Positions 30,567 to 39,702 of a DNA stretch of 64,000 nt are shown one piece after another (positions within the stretch are counted from its first letter, which is position 1; every line of letters starts with the position of its first letter). The stretch is taken from positions 70,796 to 134,795 of the forward strand of contig CAYJKI010000010.1 of assembly GCA_964370935.1 (NCBI GenBank), in the 5' to 3' direction. The DNA comes from an uncultured Ignavibacteria bacterium (GTDB taxonomy: Bacteria > Zixibacteria > MSB-5A5 > CAIYYT01). The notes under the pieces were generated by a model that saw only the letters and a program-made list of their open reading frames with translations, made no database searches and had not been told where the DNA came from. Both the position numbers and the translations under genes were made by a program.

Positions 30567-31255
30567 CAAAAAAAAGAGTGTTACTCTTAGAAGACGACCC
30601 AAATCTTGGATTCATCCTTCAGGAACATCTCCAGATGCAGGGTTTCGAAGTTCAGCTTTGCGTGAATGGAGAAGAAGGGCTAAGCTCGTACCGGGAGGGC
30701 AAGTTTGACTTGTGTCTGGTCGATGTCATGATGCCGAAACTCGATGGATTTACATTCGCCCGCAAAGTGCGTGAACGTGACCAGAACGTTCCGCTCATAT
30801 TCCTGACGGCAAAGTCACTGAAAGAAGATAAGATTGAAGGATTTAAGATTGGTTGTGATGATTATCTTACCAAACCTTTTAGTATGGAAGAGCTGATGCT
30901 TCGCATCACGGCAGTTTTGCGCCGGTCTAAAGTTGCACCTCAACCGGCAGAACTGCCGGTAATGTTTGAAATTGGCAAGTTTACGTTTGACTACAATCGC
31001 CAGCTGCTCTCGAAAGATGGCGAACAGTTCAAATTGACTCCAAAAGAAGCGGACCTATTGCGGTTGCTATGTATTCACAAGAATCAGACTTTGGAACGAG
31101 AAGTCGCGTTACGAGAGATTTGGGGTGACGAGAGCTATTTTTCCGGCCGCAGTATGGATGTGTTTATCTCCAAACTTCGCAAGTATCTTCGTGAAGACGA
31201 CAGCATCGAAATCATGGGGATTCACGGCAAGGGATTTCGTCTAATTGTCAATTAA
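30563..31255 (+). CDS. Response regulator, OmpR/PhoB family (receiver plus winged-helix)
   Basis: Receiver acidic pocket LLEDD and phospho-acceptor in LCLVDVMMP. C-terminal trans_reg_C (LTPKEADLLRLL...). 4-nt overlap with the kinase. Confidence 0.85.
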   Translation: MTKKRVLLLEDDPNLGFILQEHLQMQGFEVQLCVNGEEGLSSYREGKFDLCLVDVMMPKLDGFTFARKVRERDQNVPLIFLTAKSLKEDKIEGFKIGCDDYLTKPFSMEELMLRITAVLRRSKVAPQPAELPVMFEIGKFTFDYNRQLLSKDGEQFKLTPKEADLLRLLCIHKNQTLEREVALREIWGDESYFSGRSMDVFISKLRKYLREDDSIEIMGIHGKGFRLIVN

Positions 31256-31264
31256 TATAGAAAT

Positions 31265-31293
31265 GGCCGACAACTCGAGTTGAGCTGTCGGCC
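31265..31293 (+). terminator. Stem-loop downstream of the response regulator (weak terminator candidate)
   Basis: 8-bp stem GGCCGACA/TGTCGGCC around a loop containing the CTCGAG palindrome. No U-tract follows, so this is weak. Confidence 0.3.
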
Positions 31294-31556
31294 GTCTAGG
31301 TTCAAGCTTCTCACCGCCCCCCGAGAGGCGAAGAAGTTACCCCGCCTTTTGACATTTTTTCGGAGGTTCGCCATTCAGCAGACCATCCGGCCGGGCCAAT
31401 GTCAATCGGCAAGAAACGTGGAATTGCCAACCAATGTGATTCACATCTCCCACAATGAAATGAATAGTGCCGAACTGGCAAATTTGTCGAAAATTGTGCT
31501 TCTGCAGATAAGAAATGTGCCTGAAATCGTACGAATAGTCTGTGTAGAACGGTTGC

Positions 31557-33884
31557 TTAAGGAATCGGAGTGCCAGCCTCGCGATCGAGCAGCTCGCCTT
31601 CAGTGATCCAGCCATTGGCAGTCCAGTATCGGACGGCATTTAGAATATTGGCAGAATAGGCAGAGTCGGGCGTATTGGGCAGCTCGCCCGCCTCGATCAG
31701 GTCCTTCCGTCGTTCGACATAGCCGTCGGTGAATGCTACGTTACGTGCACGGAATCCGCGATCGAGAGAGTAGATAACGTCACAGTTCGGAACTTGAGAT
31801 TCGGATGTATACACGTCGATAAATCCGCCATTGCGGTCACGCAGTCCAATGAGGCCCGGCTGATTGTAACGGGCTGAACAATCGCGTCCGCAAAGGTCGG
31901 TCGGTGGGAAGGCTGCATAGAAGAAGTTGGAAGCCCGTTTCAATACACTTAGATCGTAGTAATCGTCTTCGTATGGGGGTGAACAGCCGCTCTTGGTCGA
32001 AAGATTGAGCGCAAAGAAAGTAGCGCATCCAAGACGATTATTGAAGGCGGAGAAGATCATCTCTTCCGAGCCGTCGAGGTCAATATCTCTTGTCATTCTG
32101 AATTGGGCTCCGCCCGCCTGAATATACCAGAAAAGGGAATCGCCATTGGCATCCCAGAGGCGTATGTGACAGCGTGCCGGCAGAATTTGCGTCGCTATCG
32201 TCAGTATGTAGGTTGTGTCCTTCAGCCTGACTGGACAAATCGCGAAGCCATGGTAGGTTGTGCTGTCGGTATCGCCGGGGTATTCGTTGGGAAATGCCAA
32301 ATATCTGCGGAACAGGAAATTCCCTTCCTTGCCGAAGACGTAGAGCCAAGCATTTTCCTCGACATCATTCTCATTCAGGGCAATCGCAAGTACCTCGTTA
32401 TCCCCGTCGCGGTCCATATCAGTTGCCATCATCATTGTCTGAATCTGCGTTTCAGCGAAATTCCCATTAAATACATTGGGAAACTGATACTTCCACAGCC
32501 GTGTCGAATCTGCGTTGAACACTTCAATCGTTCCAGATTCGATGACCGGTCGTACGAATGCCGGATTGTCATCAAAGAAGATCCATGCATTTGGATAGAT
32601 AAGGCACAACATCAAGTAGGCCAACACCGCCAACATCGGAACCTGGACCTTGGTCATGCGGCTATATTTGGCAGCTTGCTTGCCGACCCATTGCCCGATA
32701 CACACGCGTTCGGAGCGAATGATGTTCAAATCGGTAACGACATCGGCAAGGGATCGAACTCCGACAAGGAGCAACTGACGACGTGGGTACTCAGCTTGGA
32801 GGCGAGAGATCTCCTGCCGAGCTGTTTCGAGATTACTCTCCGGGACAACCAGATAGCGAATGTGTGAAAAGAAGGTGCGCGAAACCTTGACTGCCAGAGT
32901 TGCGTCATTGACCGGCTGAAGTGTGCCTTTGTCGTCCAAAATGCCCGTAACTGCCACTTCAGCCGAATTGAATCGTTCCACCCGATGAGCTTCTGATTTG
33001 AGGAGTTGGGTGTATGCCACCAGCGCGAATGCCAGTCCCATAGATTCGCCAGTCAGACGGTGGTCAGTGCCCGATATCCGGAAATTGGCATTAAAGCGCT
33101 TCTTGGCTAAATGGCTCATCCCCTCGCGCTGCAAAAGTAGTCGGACAGACTCGAGTGAACGATAGGCGCCGCCAATCAATGGATCATCAGGAGCAACAAC
33201 GATATCTGCAAAGGTCACCTTATCGGTCGCCGAATGGTTGCCAGCGACCTCGACATCGCCTTGCAGAAGCTTAAGTCTCCCGCGTGGTTCTGATGGTGGA
33301 TTGCCAGAATCGACCAAGAGACAGTAAGCACATTCGTTTGAAACGACACGGCGCTCGGCTTGCCATTCAGAAAGCTGGTCTCGTAACGCCTTGGCCAGTG
33401 ATTCATGCCGAGTTGAAATCAGATCAGCCAAATGCTGCAATGCGACAAATTCAGTGAGTTCGTTAAATTCCGATTCAGAAAGGTCAGGCGCCTCGGTCGC
33501 CAAGGACTTCGCCAAGTATTGTAGACCAGTCTTTAGGTTGCCCACATAGAAATTCACGCGAGCGGCAGATTGAAAAACTCTGTTCAAGGCAGTCGCAATA
33601 TCGGGCATTGCCTGATTGGAATTTGCCAGCGATTCGAGAATACTGATCAAGCTTTCCAGTTCGACAGGAGTCAGGTCAGAAAGAGCAGTTTCGCGCAACA
33701 ACAGTAGCACTATTGAGTAGTACTCCTCGAAATATGACCTGTACGCCGGCTCGTCGACTTGTGCACTTAGGTGCTGCCAGAAGCTGCAGAGTTGCAGTAA
33801 TCCTCGGTCACCGGAGGCGGAATCGACCACGCTGGATTTGTGCTTTTCCCATTCCTTGGCAAATTGAAGCGGGGACAATGTCAT
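31557..33884 (-). CDS. Single-pass membrane protein: cytoplasmic helical domain plus Lon-like S16 peptidase domain (no AAA+), TM helix, extracytoplasmic FG-GAP/beta-propeller-like domain
   Basis: Using track numbering from 33992. Lon proteolytic-domain-like block ...HRLTGESMGLAFALV...(Ser317)...VAVTGILDDKGTLQPVNDATLAVKV (Lys369), compare Lon PSAGIT...MTGEITLRGRVLPIGGLKEK. No Walker A/B. TM at about residues 451-467 with positive-inside KQAAKYSRMTK. The C-terminal region has DxDxDG repeats (DMDRDGDNEVLA, DIDLDGSEEMIF). Start moved to the internal Met (33884) to remove a 104-nt overlap with the upstream gene. Confidence 0.6.
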   Translation of the reverse strand: MTLSPLQFAKEWEKHKSSVVDSASGDRGLLQLCSFWQHLSAQVDEPAYRSYFEEYYSIVLLLLRETALSDLTPVELESLISILESLANSNQAMPDIATALNRVFQSAARVNFYVGNLKTGLQYLAKSLATEAPDLSESEFNELTEFVALQHLADLISTRHESLAKALRDQLSEWQAERRVVSNECAYCLLVDSGNPPSEPRGRLKLLQGDVEVAGNHSATDKVTFADIVVAPDDPLIGGAYRSLESVRLLLQREGMSHLAKKRFNANFRISGTDHRLTGESMGLAFALVAYTQLLKSEAHRVERFNSAEVAVTGILDDKGTLQPVNDATLAVKVSRTFFSHIRYLVVPESNLETARQEISRLQAEYPRRQLLLVGVRSLADVVTDLNIIRSERVCIGQWVGKQAAKYSRMTKVQVPMLAVLAYLMLCLIYPNAWIFFDDNPAFVRPVIESGTIEVFNADSTRLWKYQFPNVFNGNFAETQIQTMMMATDMDRDGDNEVLAIALNENDVEENAWLYVFGKEGNFLFRRYLAFPNEYPGDTDSTTYHGFAICPVRLKDTTYILTIATQILPARCHIRLWDANGDSLFWYIQAGGAQFRMTRDIDLDGSEEMIFSAFNNRLGCATFFALNLSTKSGCSPPYEDDYYDLSVLKRASNFFYAAFPPTDLCGRDCSARYNQPGLIGLRDRNGGFIDVYTSESQVPNCDVIYSLDRGFRARNVAFTDGYVERRKDLIEAGELPNTPDSAYSANILNAVRYWTANGWITEGELLDREAGTPIP

Positions 33885-33888
33885 AAGG

Positions 33889-34749
33889 TTACTGGAATAT
33901 CCGGAGGTTGATGTTTGAAGTATGTTCCGGTAACATGAATAGTACTCGCTGACCGCTGCCGAGAGACTGCAACTCAAGGTGACGATCTTCAATCAGAAGT
34001 ATTTTGACCTTTTCGAAGTCATCATGGCCGTCCAACTGCAGAAGTTCAATCTCGAGCTGTTTACCTACAGTTTTTCCGAGCAAGGTGACCCTAATTCGAT
34101 CTCCCCGATCCGTCTCAAGTACCGTATCCCGCGAATACTCAATCTTGTCCGGGGCATAGACCAGGGGCTGAAGATCAAAACTTGCTTCGGGAAGTCGAAC
34201 TTGCCAATGCAGGTCTGCCGGGTTATCGGTAATAGATTCGGGCAGGGTTGCGCGACCGTCAGAATCTGTGGCAATTTCAGCTCCGATTTCCGGTGCACAG
34301 ACCAAGACATTGGCAGTCAAGTCTATCGACTCCGCAATCAACTGCAGATACCTCGAATCATCGCCTTGGTCACGCATCATCCTAAGGACGATTTCGGGAT
34401 TTTCAGAATAAAGTGTCGCGATGCTTAGACTTCCCGCACGATCAGGTGTTGGACTGTCGGCGGCAAGATACTTCTGTGGAGCTACCGTCACGACCGGCAG
34501 TAGAGTCAAATCGATGACTAGTCCGCGGCGATCATGCCGGGACAGGCGGTCAAGGAAACTCGTGATTTGACCCGACAACGGCGCTGCCATTAATTCTCCA
34601 ATAACCTCGCCGTGAGTGAGATAGTCCTCGAGATACTCTCGACAAAACTCGCAGACCTCGAGATGGGTGCGGATTTCCTTACCACCGTCGGCGGCTTTCA
34701 AGTTGTTGTCTGCCAAAGCCTCCAGCAGCTTACGAGCCGGATGGGTCAT
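33889..34749 (-). CDS. zf-HC2 (putative anti-sigma factor-type zinc finger) domain protein, apparently cytoplasmic
   Basis: N-terminal H-x3-C-x2-C motif (THLEVCEFCREYL) at the position typical of anti-sigma zf-HC2 domains. No convincing TM segment. 286 aa. Confidence 0.5.
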   Translation of the reverse strand: MTHPARKLLEALADNNLKAADGGKEIRTHLEVCEFCREYLEDYLTHGEVIGELMAAPLSGQITSFLDRLSRHDRRGLVIDLTLLPVVTVAPQKYLAADSPTPDRAGSLSIATLYSENPEIVLRMMRDQGDDSRYLQLIAESIDLTANVLVCAPEIGAEIATDSDGRATLPESITDNPADLHWQVRLPEASFDLQPLVYAPDKIEYSRDTVLETDRGDRIRVTLLGKTVGKQLEIELLQLDGHDDFEKVKILLIEDRHLELQSLGSGQRVLFMLPEHTSNINLRIFQ

Positions 34750-34774
34750 ATCAATTCCATAAGTCCTTTCACCA

Positions 34775-35854
34775 CTACAGATAGTCCCAGAGTTTCCGAA
34801 TTGTCGGATTTCTTTTTATGCGCCGATGGAGATCGTCTCGTGAGCGAGTGACCACTGTCTCAAAGGCATATTTGTATTGCGTGCGATATTGCGAGTGCAC
34901 GTTCCCTGGCATTGCCGCATAGAAATACTTGGTAACTTTGTCCGGCCCACCATTGATGCAGTCACGCAGGAAACACTCGACAGCCTTCAGCAGCGGCTCC
35001 ATCTCGTCATCGCGTATCCGAGACTTTGAAACCTGTTCCTCGAGGTCTTTAGCCGTGGACTCAACAAGCGTATCTTGAACTTCATTTTCCATCTCCTTGC
35101 GAAGAATAATCTGAATCGGACTATCAAGTGAGGAGGGAAGCGGCGCTTCAAAGAGCGCTCTTCGTGCCAGAACTGCTGCTACTGCCGCGATGAACTCGTG
35201 CCTAAAAACGTGTTTCTGATATTGGCTCTGTGCCGCCATCGACTTCAAGACCAGTCGGCAGAGTTGCACCTTATTGAGTGACTGGACATAGATGTCATCT
35301 ATGACTTCGATTAGTTCAACAAACGTGACGAACGGTAGTTGGGGAATTGCTTCGACTGCAGTTGCATCCGCGATTAACTTGTTTCGGTCTCCATCACAAG
35401 TCGTCACAATAATTTCCGATCGCGATTCCAGTGTGGTAAGAGCAGCCTCAATTGCCTTTTTGCACTTACCGGACTCCGGCTGTTCCTGTCGCGTAAATTT
35501 GAAGATACGTTGATTGGTGAACTGCACAATTTGGGCTCGCAGAAGTCTAATGACCTCTGTCAGATCTTCCTCGCGAAACTCGCAGTATCCGTGCGCTTCC
35601 AGATTATGGAAGATCTTGTGATATCTTTCTGCTCGCTCTTCACCGAAGTAGAACCCGGCAACATCAATCGCGAGATTCTCCAGTGATCGTTCAGGATTCG
35701 TAAGATCAAGTGGAAGTCGATGTCGTGCGCCGCGGAGGGCGATCAAATGGTATTGAATTTCTGCGAGGCACCAGCGAATAAACGTAGTAGCGGCAACTCC
35801 GTACGGTCGCTGTTGCAGGAAGTTGAGGATGATTTTCTTCAACGCCGAGTCCAC
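34775..35854 (-). CDS. Hypothetical protein, first gene of the three-gene module (possibly a highly divergent sigma-like regulator, speculative)
   Basis: 359 aa, no recognisable domain. Faint resemblance to ECF region 2 (ATTFIRWCLAEIQYHLIALRGARHR) and region 4.2 (ETVVTRSRDDLHRRIKR). Position upstream of a zf-HC2 gene. Confidence 0.4.
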   Translation of the reverse strand: MDSALKKIILNFLQQRPYGVAATTFIRWCLAEIQYHLIALRGARHRLPLDLTNPERSLENLAIDVAGFYFGEERAERYHKIFHNLEAHGYCEFREEDLTEVIRLLRAQIVQFTNQRIFKFTRQEQPESGKCKKAIEAALTTLESRSEIIVTTCDGDRNKLIADATAVEAIPQLPFVTFVELIEVIDDIYVQSLNKVQLCRLVLKSMAAQSQYQKHVFRHEFIAAVAAVLARRALFEAPLPSSLDSPIQIILRKEMENEVQDTLVESTAKDLEEQVSKSRIRDDEMEPLLKAVECFLRDCINGGPDKVTKYFYAAMPGNVHSQYRTQYKYAFETVVTRSRDDLHRRIKRNPTIRKLWDYL

Positions 35855-35993
35855 AAACGTGCCTGTGCCTGCCTTTCAAGGGCGCGGATCAGTGGGAAGC
35901 GAATTGGATCACCTGAATACTCTGCAATATAGGTTCAAGTGTCCATAGAAGCAACCGGGAGATTTGAGACTCGGAAAAATGAATCTGGAACGA

Positions 35994-38243
35994 CTACGCG
36001 CGCAGGAGATACTGGAACTTGAAGAAAAACTGGCGACTGCCTTGGATCATTTCGCGAGTATCGCGCAGATTTTGGTAGGAATGAGTCGATCCAAGATAGA
36101 AGATCGTGAATGGATTGAGCTTGTAACTAAGCAGGGGCTCAATTGCCATCACCCGGTCAAAGTTGTCGTATTGGACGATCAGGCGCAGGAACCACTCGCG
36201 AGTAAACTGGTAGTTTATCTGTGTGCGGAGAATGTAGCCGGCATAGATTGATTCTTCGGTTTCGGGGTTGTTTAGTTCTTCGTAGCTGTATTCGGGCCTT
36301 AGTATGAGCCTCTGAAATAGCTTTAATGTGCAGAATGCATTGAGCTCCCAGCCATGACCGAGCACCGGAGTTTCGAGGCGGCGGGCTATGTACTTGATTC
36401 GCATGATCTGTCCGCCGAGGCTCAACGGTTCCGAAAAACGACTTTCAACATACAATCGGTAATGGCGAATTCCGGGGAAGAATATACCTTGGAAGGTTTC
36501 GCGGCTGTAGAGCCAACCACCCTGAATGTAGGTCTGTGCCGGCAAGAGGACATGTAGTTCCGGCGACACCCATTCATCCTTGCGTGCCCCAGAGAAGTTC
36601 CAAATTCTCCCAACTGCCAGGGACGGAGTTACTTCAATAAAGGTCTTCGACTTAGGTCTGAAGAATAGCGCGGTTTCGAAACTGCCTTCGCGTTGGTTGT
36701 TGCGAAAGATGAAGCCGTTATCGGCCCGAAATGTGGGACTGACCTGCCGATATTCGAGTTCCCAATTCCAAAGTCGCGCTTCGCGGGCCACTCCGGCATA
36801 GACTGTGTTACCCCAGTAGTTTTCACCGTCGAAGGCAGCGGTGTGTTGTCCGTTATCGAATCTGGAGGGATCACCAAAGAGGGAGAGGTTATCAGGTTCG
36901 TCAGTATGACTTGCCAGCAATTGGGCGCCGACTCGATAGTTCTTGTTGAGTCGAAGACTCAAGTCTCCGCCAAAAACTGATCCCGAGCCGCCGTCATCAA
37001 GCCGGCGATCTGTTGCAATCGCACCGATATACGAGTCTTCGCCGATGGTTTGCTTAATGCGCACGATGTTGCTAATGCTTTTACCGACCTCGGCAAGATC
37101 AGTATGCTCATCAAAGGGAAGCAGCAGGGGAGAATGTTCATCGCGGGCAGCGATGTAGCCGACGGCGGTACGACTGGCTAGCCGCCCGGTCAGTTTGGCC
37201 GCGAACAGCGGGTCGTTGATGGATCGCGTGTACACGACATCCGAAAATGTGTTAAAGAGGTCGGAGCCTTCTTGAAAGAAAGGACGCTTCTCTGGATAGA
37301 ACAGTGCGAAATTATTGTTTACATCGACTTGTGCCGCATCTGATTCGATTTGACTGAAATCAGGATTGTAGGTGACGTCGGCCGTGAGGTCGGAACTCAA
37401 CAAATAGCGCAGATTAAGCGATGCCTCACCATCCGGGTCTTTGTTCTCCAGTGCCGAATGCGGATTGTCAGGATTGCGCAGAGTGGCTGACTGAAATCCA
37501 ATGACAGCAGGGAGAACTTCCAGACGGCTGCCGGGCTTGGCGTTTTCAAATCCGATTAGCGTGCCGAACTGACAAGGGAAGCACGGCTGGTCGCGATCGA
37601 TGGCAGCCCAGGTTGAACGCTCACGATCGGATCGTGGTCGATTACGCCAAAATGTCGCCCGCCATTCTTGTGTCGGCTTGACCGGAAAGCGCAGACTGCT
37701 GAACGGTATGGCGACTTCGACCTGCCAGCCTTTGTCGGTGATTTTGCCTTGCGAGTAGAAGACGATGTCAAAGCGTATGTCTTCTTCGCCGTCGGGAATC
37801 CAGCGCAAGTCGCCCTGGAGTCCTAGTGGATTAACAAAGATCTCATAAGCCCAGGCGGCGTCACCGTAAGTGTCCAGGAGAATTCCGACGTAGTCGTCAT
37901 TGAATATTTCGTCTCGGTCGCGCATTGAGGCGCGCACCGATTTTGGATCGTCGTAACAGATGAAAGCAAGATAGAAGTTGTCGCTATCATAGGTCACGAG
38001 CACTTCGGTTTCAACTGGAGGTTTGACTCGATCTCGCGGCGTATTTTCGGCAAATTTGTCCGCCTTGGCGGCACCTTGCCAGCCAGCGTCGTCAATTTCG
38101 CCGTCGACTTTGATCGTTGCGTCGGAGCGTGTGACATTGAGAACAGGCTTCTCATTTGGAGTGAATGAATCCTGCGCACACAGCGAGGCTGAATGCAGAA
38201 AAAGTGCGAGGGCGATAAGCCATTTGGGGAATGGTAATCTCAT
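35994..38243 (-). CDS. Large secreted DUF5916 / CBM9-like domain protein (paralog of 19921..22584)
   Basis: Signal peptide MRLPFPKWLIALALFLHSASLCAQ (internal start). N-terminal DGEIDDAGWQGAAKADKF... CBM9-like module. Shares collinear motifs with the other copy (…SVDGDF…PFED…G / …PDFGQVEAD vs PDFSQIESD…). Confidence 0.6.
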   Translation of the reverse strand: MRLPFPKWLIALALFLHSASLCAQDSFTPNEKPVLNVTRSDATIKVDGEIDDAGWQGAAKADKFAENTPRDRVKPPVETEVLVTYDSDNFYLAFICYDDPKSVRASMRDRDEIFNDDYVGILLDTYGDAAWAYEIFVNPLGLQGDLRWIPDGEEDIRFDIVFYSQGKITDKGWQVEVAIPFSSLRFPVKPTQEWRATFWRNRPRSDRERSTWAAIDRDQPCFPCQFGTLIGFENAKPGSRLEVLPAVIGFQSATLRNPDNPHSALENKDPDGEASLNLRYLLSSDLTADVTYNPDFSQIESDAAQVDVNNNFALFYPEKRPFFQEGSDLFNTFSDVVYTRSINDPLFAAKLTGRLASRTAVGYIAARDEHSPLLLPFDEHTDLAEVGKSISNIVRIKQTIGEDSYIGAIATDRRLDDGGSGSVFGGDLSLRLNKNYRVGAQLLASHTDEPDNLSLFGDPSRFDNGQHTAAFDGENYWGNTVYAGVAREARLWNWELEYRQVSPTFRADNGFIFRNNQREGSFETALFFRPKSKTFIEVTPSLAVGRIWNFSGARKDEWVSPELHVLLPAQTYIQGGWLYSRETFQGIFFPGIRHYRLYVESRFSEPLSLGGQIMRIKYIARRLETPVLGHGWELNAFCTLKLFQRLILRPEYSYEELNNPETEESIYAGYILRTQINYQFTREWFLRLIVQYDNFDRVMAIEPLLSYKLNPFTIFYLGSTHSYQNLRDTREMIQGSRQFFFKFQYLLRA

Positions 38244-38385
38244 TATGAAAGTGGTTACGCAACTAAACAATCTGAAGTTGCGCAAATTTTGCTGAATATA
38301 TGGTCCAAATTGTGTAAAGAAAAAGACGGCCCCGAACCAGGAAATCGGGGCCAAGCTCGTCTATCGACTGAGAAACTTGAACATT

Positions 38386-39702
38386 TTACAGCCGTTCGAT
38401 TTTCTTGCGGTTGCGCTTGACTTTCTTGGTAGCGTTACGCGTATCGAACACGGCTGCAGCGTTGTCGACAATCCACTGATAGTCATAAGCGGAGTGATCT
38501 GTGACAACGACAATCAAGTCCGCGGACTTAATCAACGGCATCGTCAACTTCGTCGACTTCATGTCAATTTTGTGATGCTCATCGAAGCGGATCTCCGGGA
38601 CAAACGGGTCGTTGTAAAAGACCTTGGCTCCGGCTCTTTGCAGCAGATTAATGCAATCAAGCGCCGGGGATTCGCGAACATCGGAGATGTCGCGCTTATA
38701 TGCTACGCCGAGTACCACGACCTTGGAGCCATTGATCGACTTCTTGCGGCGATTGAGGTTGCGCGCAATTCGGTCGAGTACATATTCCGGCATGTGCGAA
38801 TTGACGTCTCCCGCGAGCTCGATGAAGCGTGAATAGTAGTTCAGGCTCTTGAGCTTCCAGGAAAGATAGTGCGGGTCGATCGGAATACAGTGACCACCAA
38901 GTCCCGGACCAGGGAAGAAGGGCATAAATCCGAACGGCTTTGAAGATGCTGCATCAATGATTTCCCAGACGTTGAGTTTCAATCGATCGCACATCAGGGC
39001 AACTTCATTGACCAGTCCGATATTCACAGAGCGAAACGTATTCTCCAGCAGCTTCACCATTTCCGCAGCCTGTGTCGAACTGACCATATGTACGTGGTTG
39101 ATTGCAGCCTCGTAGAATATCTTGGCCATTTGTTGACAGCGCGGTGTGTGTCCGCCGACGACGCGCGGTGTGTTCTTTGTTTGATAGATTGCATTTCCTG
39201 GATCGACGCGTTCCGGGCTGAATGCCAGATAGAAATCCTTGCCGCACTTAAGGCCAGTTTCCTCGAGTTCGGGAAGAATTAGTTCTTCAGTTGTACCTGG
39301 ATAGGTAGTCGATTCGAGAATGACAAGCATCTCTTTGTGAAGGTACTTCTTCAACTCCATGACTGCTGTCAGAATGTAGGAAACGTCCGGGTCCTTGGTT
39401 TTGGAAAGCGGTGTCGGAACGCAGATGGCACAGACATCACAATCCTTCATTTGCGTGAAGTCACGTGTCGCACGGAGTTTCTTGGCGGTGACGGCTTTCT
39501 TAACCTCTTTAGGCGGAACATCACCGATATCCGAGCCTCCGGAGTTGATCAGCTTGATCTTGCGGTCAGAGATTTCAAAGCCGACGACGCGATATCCGGC
39601 ATGCACATACTCGATTGCCAGCGGCAGACCAACATATCCCAGACCAATGATGCCGATAACGGCGGAACGGTCTTTCAATTTTTGCGCCAATTGATTCTTC
39701 AA
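38386..39702 (-). CDS. Nucleotide-sugar dehydrogenase (UDP-glucose/GDP-mannose dehydrogenase family, UDP-N-acetyl-hexosamine dehydrogenase-like)
   Basis: N-terminal VIGIIGLGYVGLPLAIEY Rossmann. Catalytic Cys region (…GGHCIPIDP…). 438 aa. Confidence 0.85.
   Translation of the reverse strand: MKNQLAQKLKDRSAVIGIIGLGYVGLPLAIEYVHAGYRVVGFEISDRKIKLINSGGSDIGDVPPKEVKKAVTAKKLRATRDFTQMKDCDVCAICVPTPLSKTKDPDVSYILTAVMELKKYLHKEMLVILESTTYPGTTEELILPELEETGLKCGKDFYLAFSPERVDPGNAIYQTKNTPRVVGGHTPRCQQMAKIFYEAAINHVHMVSSTQAAEMVKLLENTFRSVNIGLVNEVALMCDRLKLNVWEIIDAASSKPFGFMPFFPGPGLGGHCIPIDPHYLSWKLKSLNYYSRFIELAGDVNSHMPEYVLDRIARNLNRRKKSINGSKVVVLGVAYKRDISDVRESPALDCINLLQRAGAKVFYNDPFVPEIRFDEHHKIDMKSTKLTMPLIKSADLIVVVTDHSAYDYQWIVDNAAAVFDTRNATKKVKRNRKKIERL

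Noticed and set aside
31280-31639. ORFs 31280..31606 (+, 108 aa) and 31337..31639 (-, 100 aa) in the intergenic gap
   Set aside because: They overlap each other and the 3' end of the 811-aa gene. No RBS, unusual composition, no motifs. Likely spurious.
33889-33992. Apparent 104-nt overlap between the zf-HC2 gene and the Lon-like gene as listed in the ORF track
   Set aside because: This is an artefact of longest-ORF calling. An in-frame Met 36 codons downstream (MTLSPLQF…) gives an about 4-nt spacing, so it is not a real overlap or frameshift.
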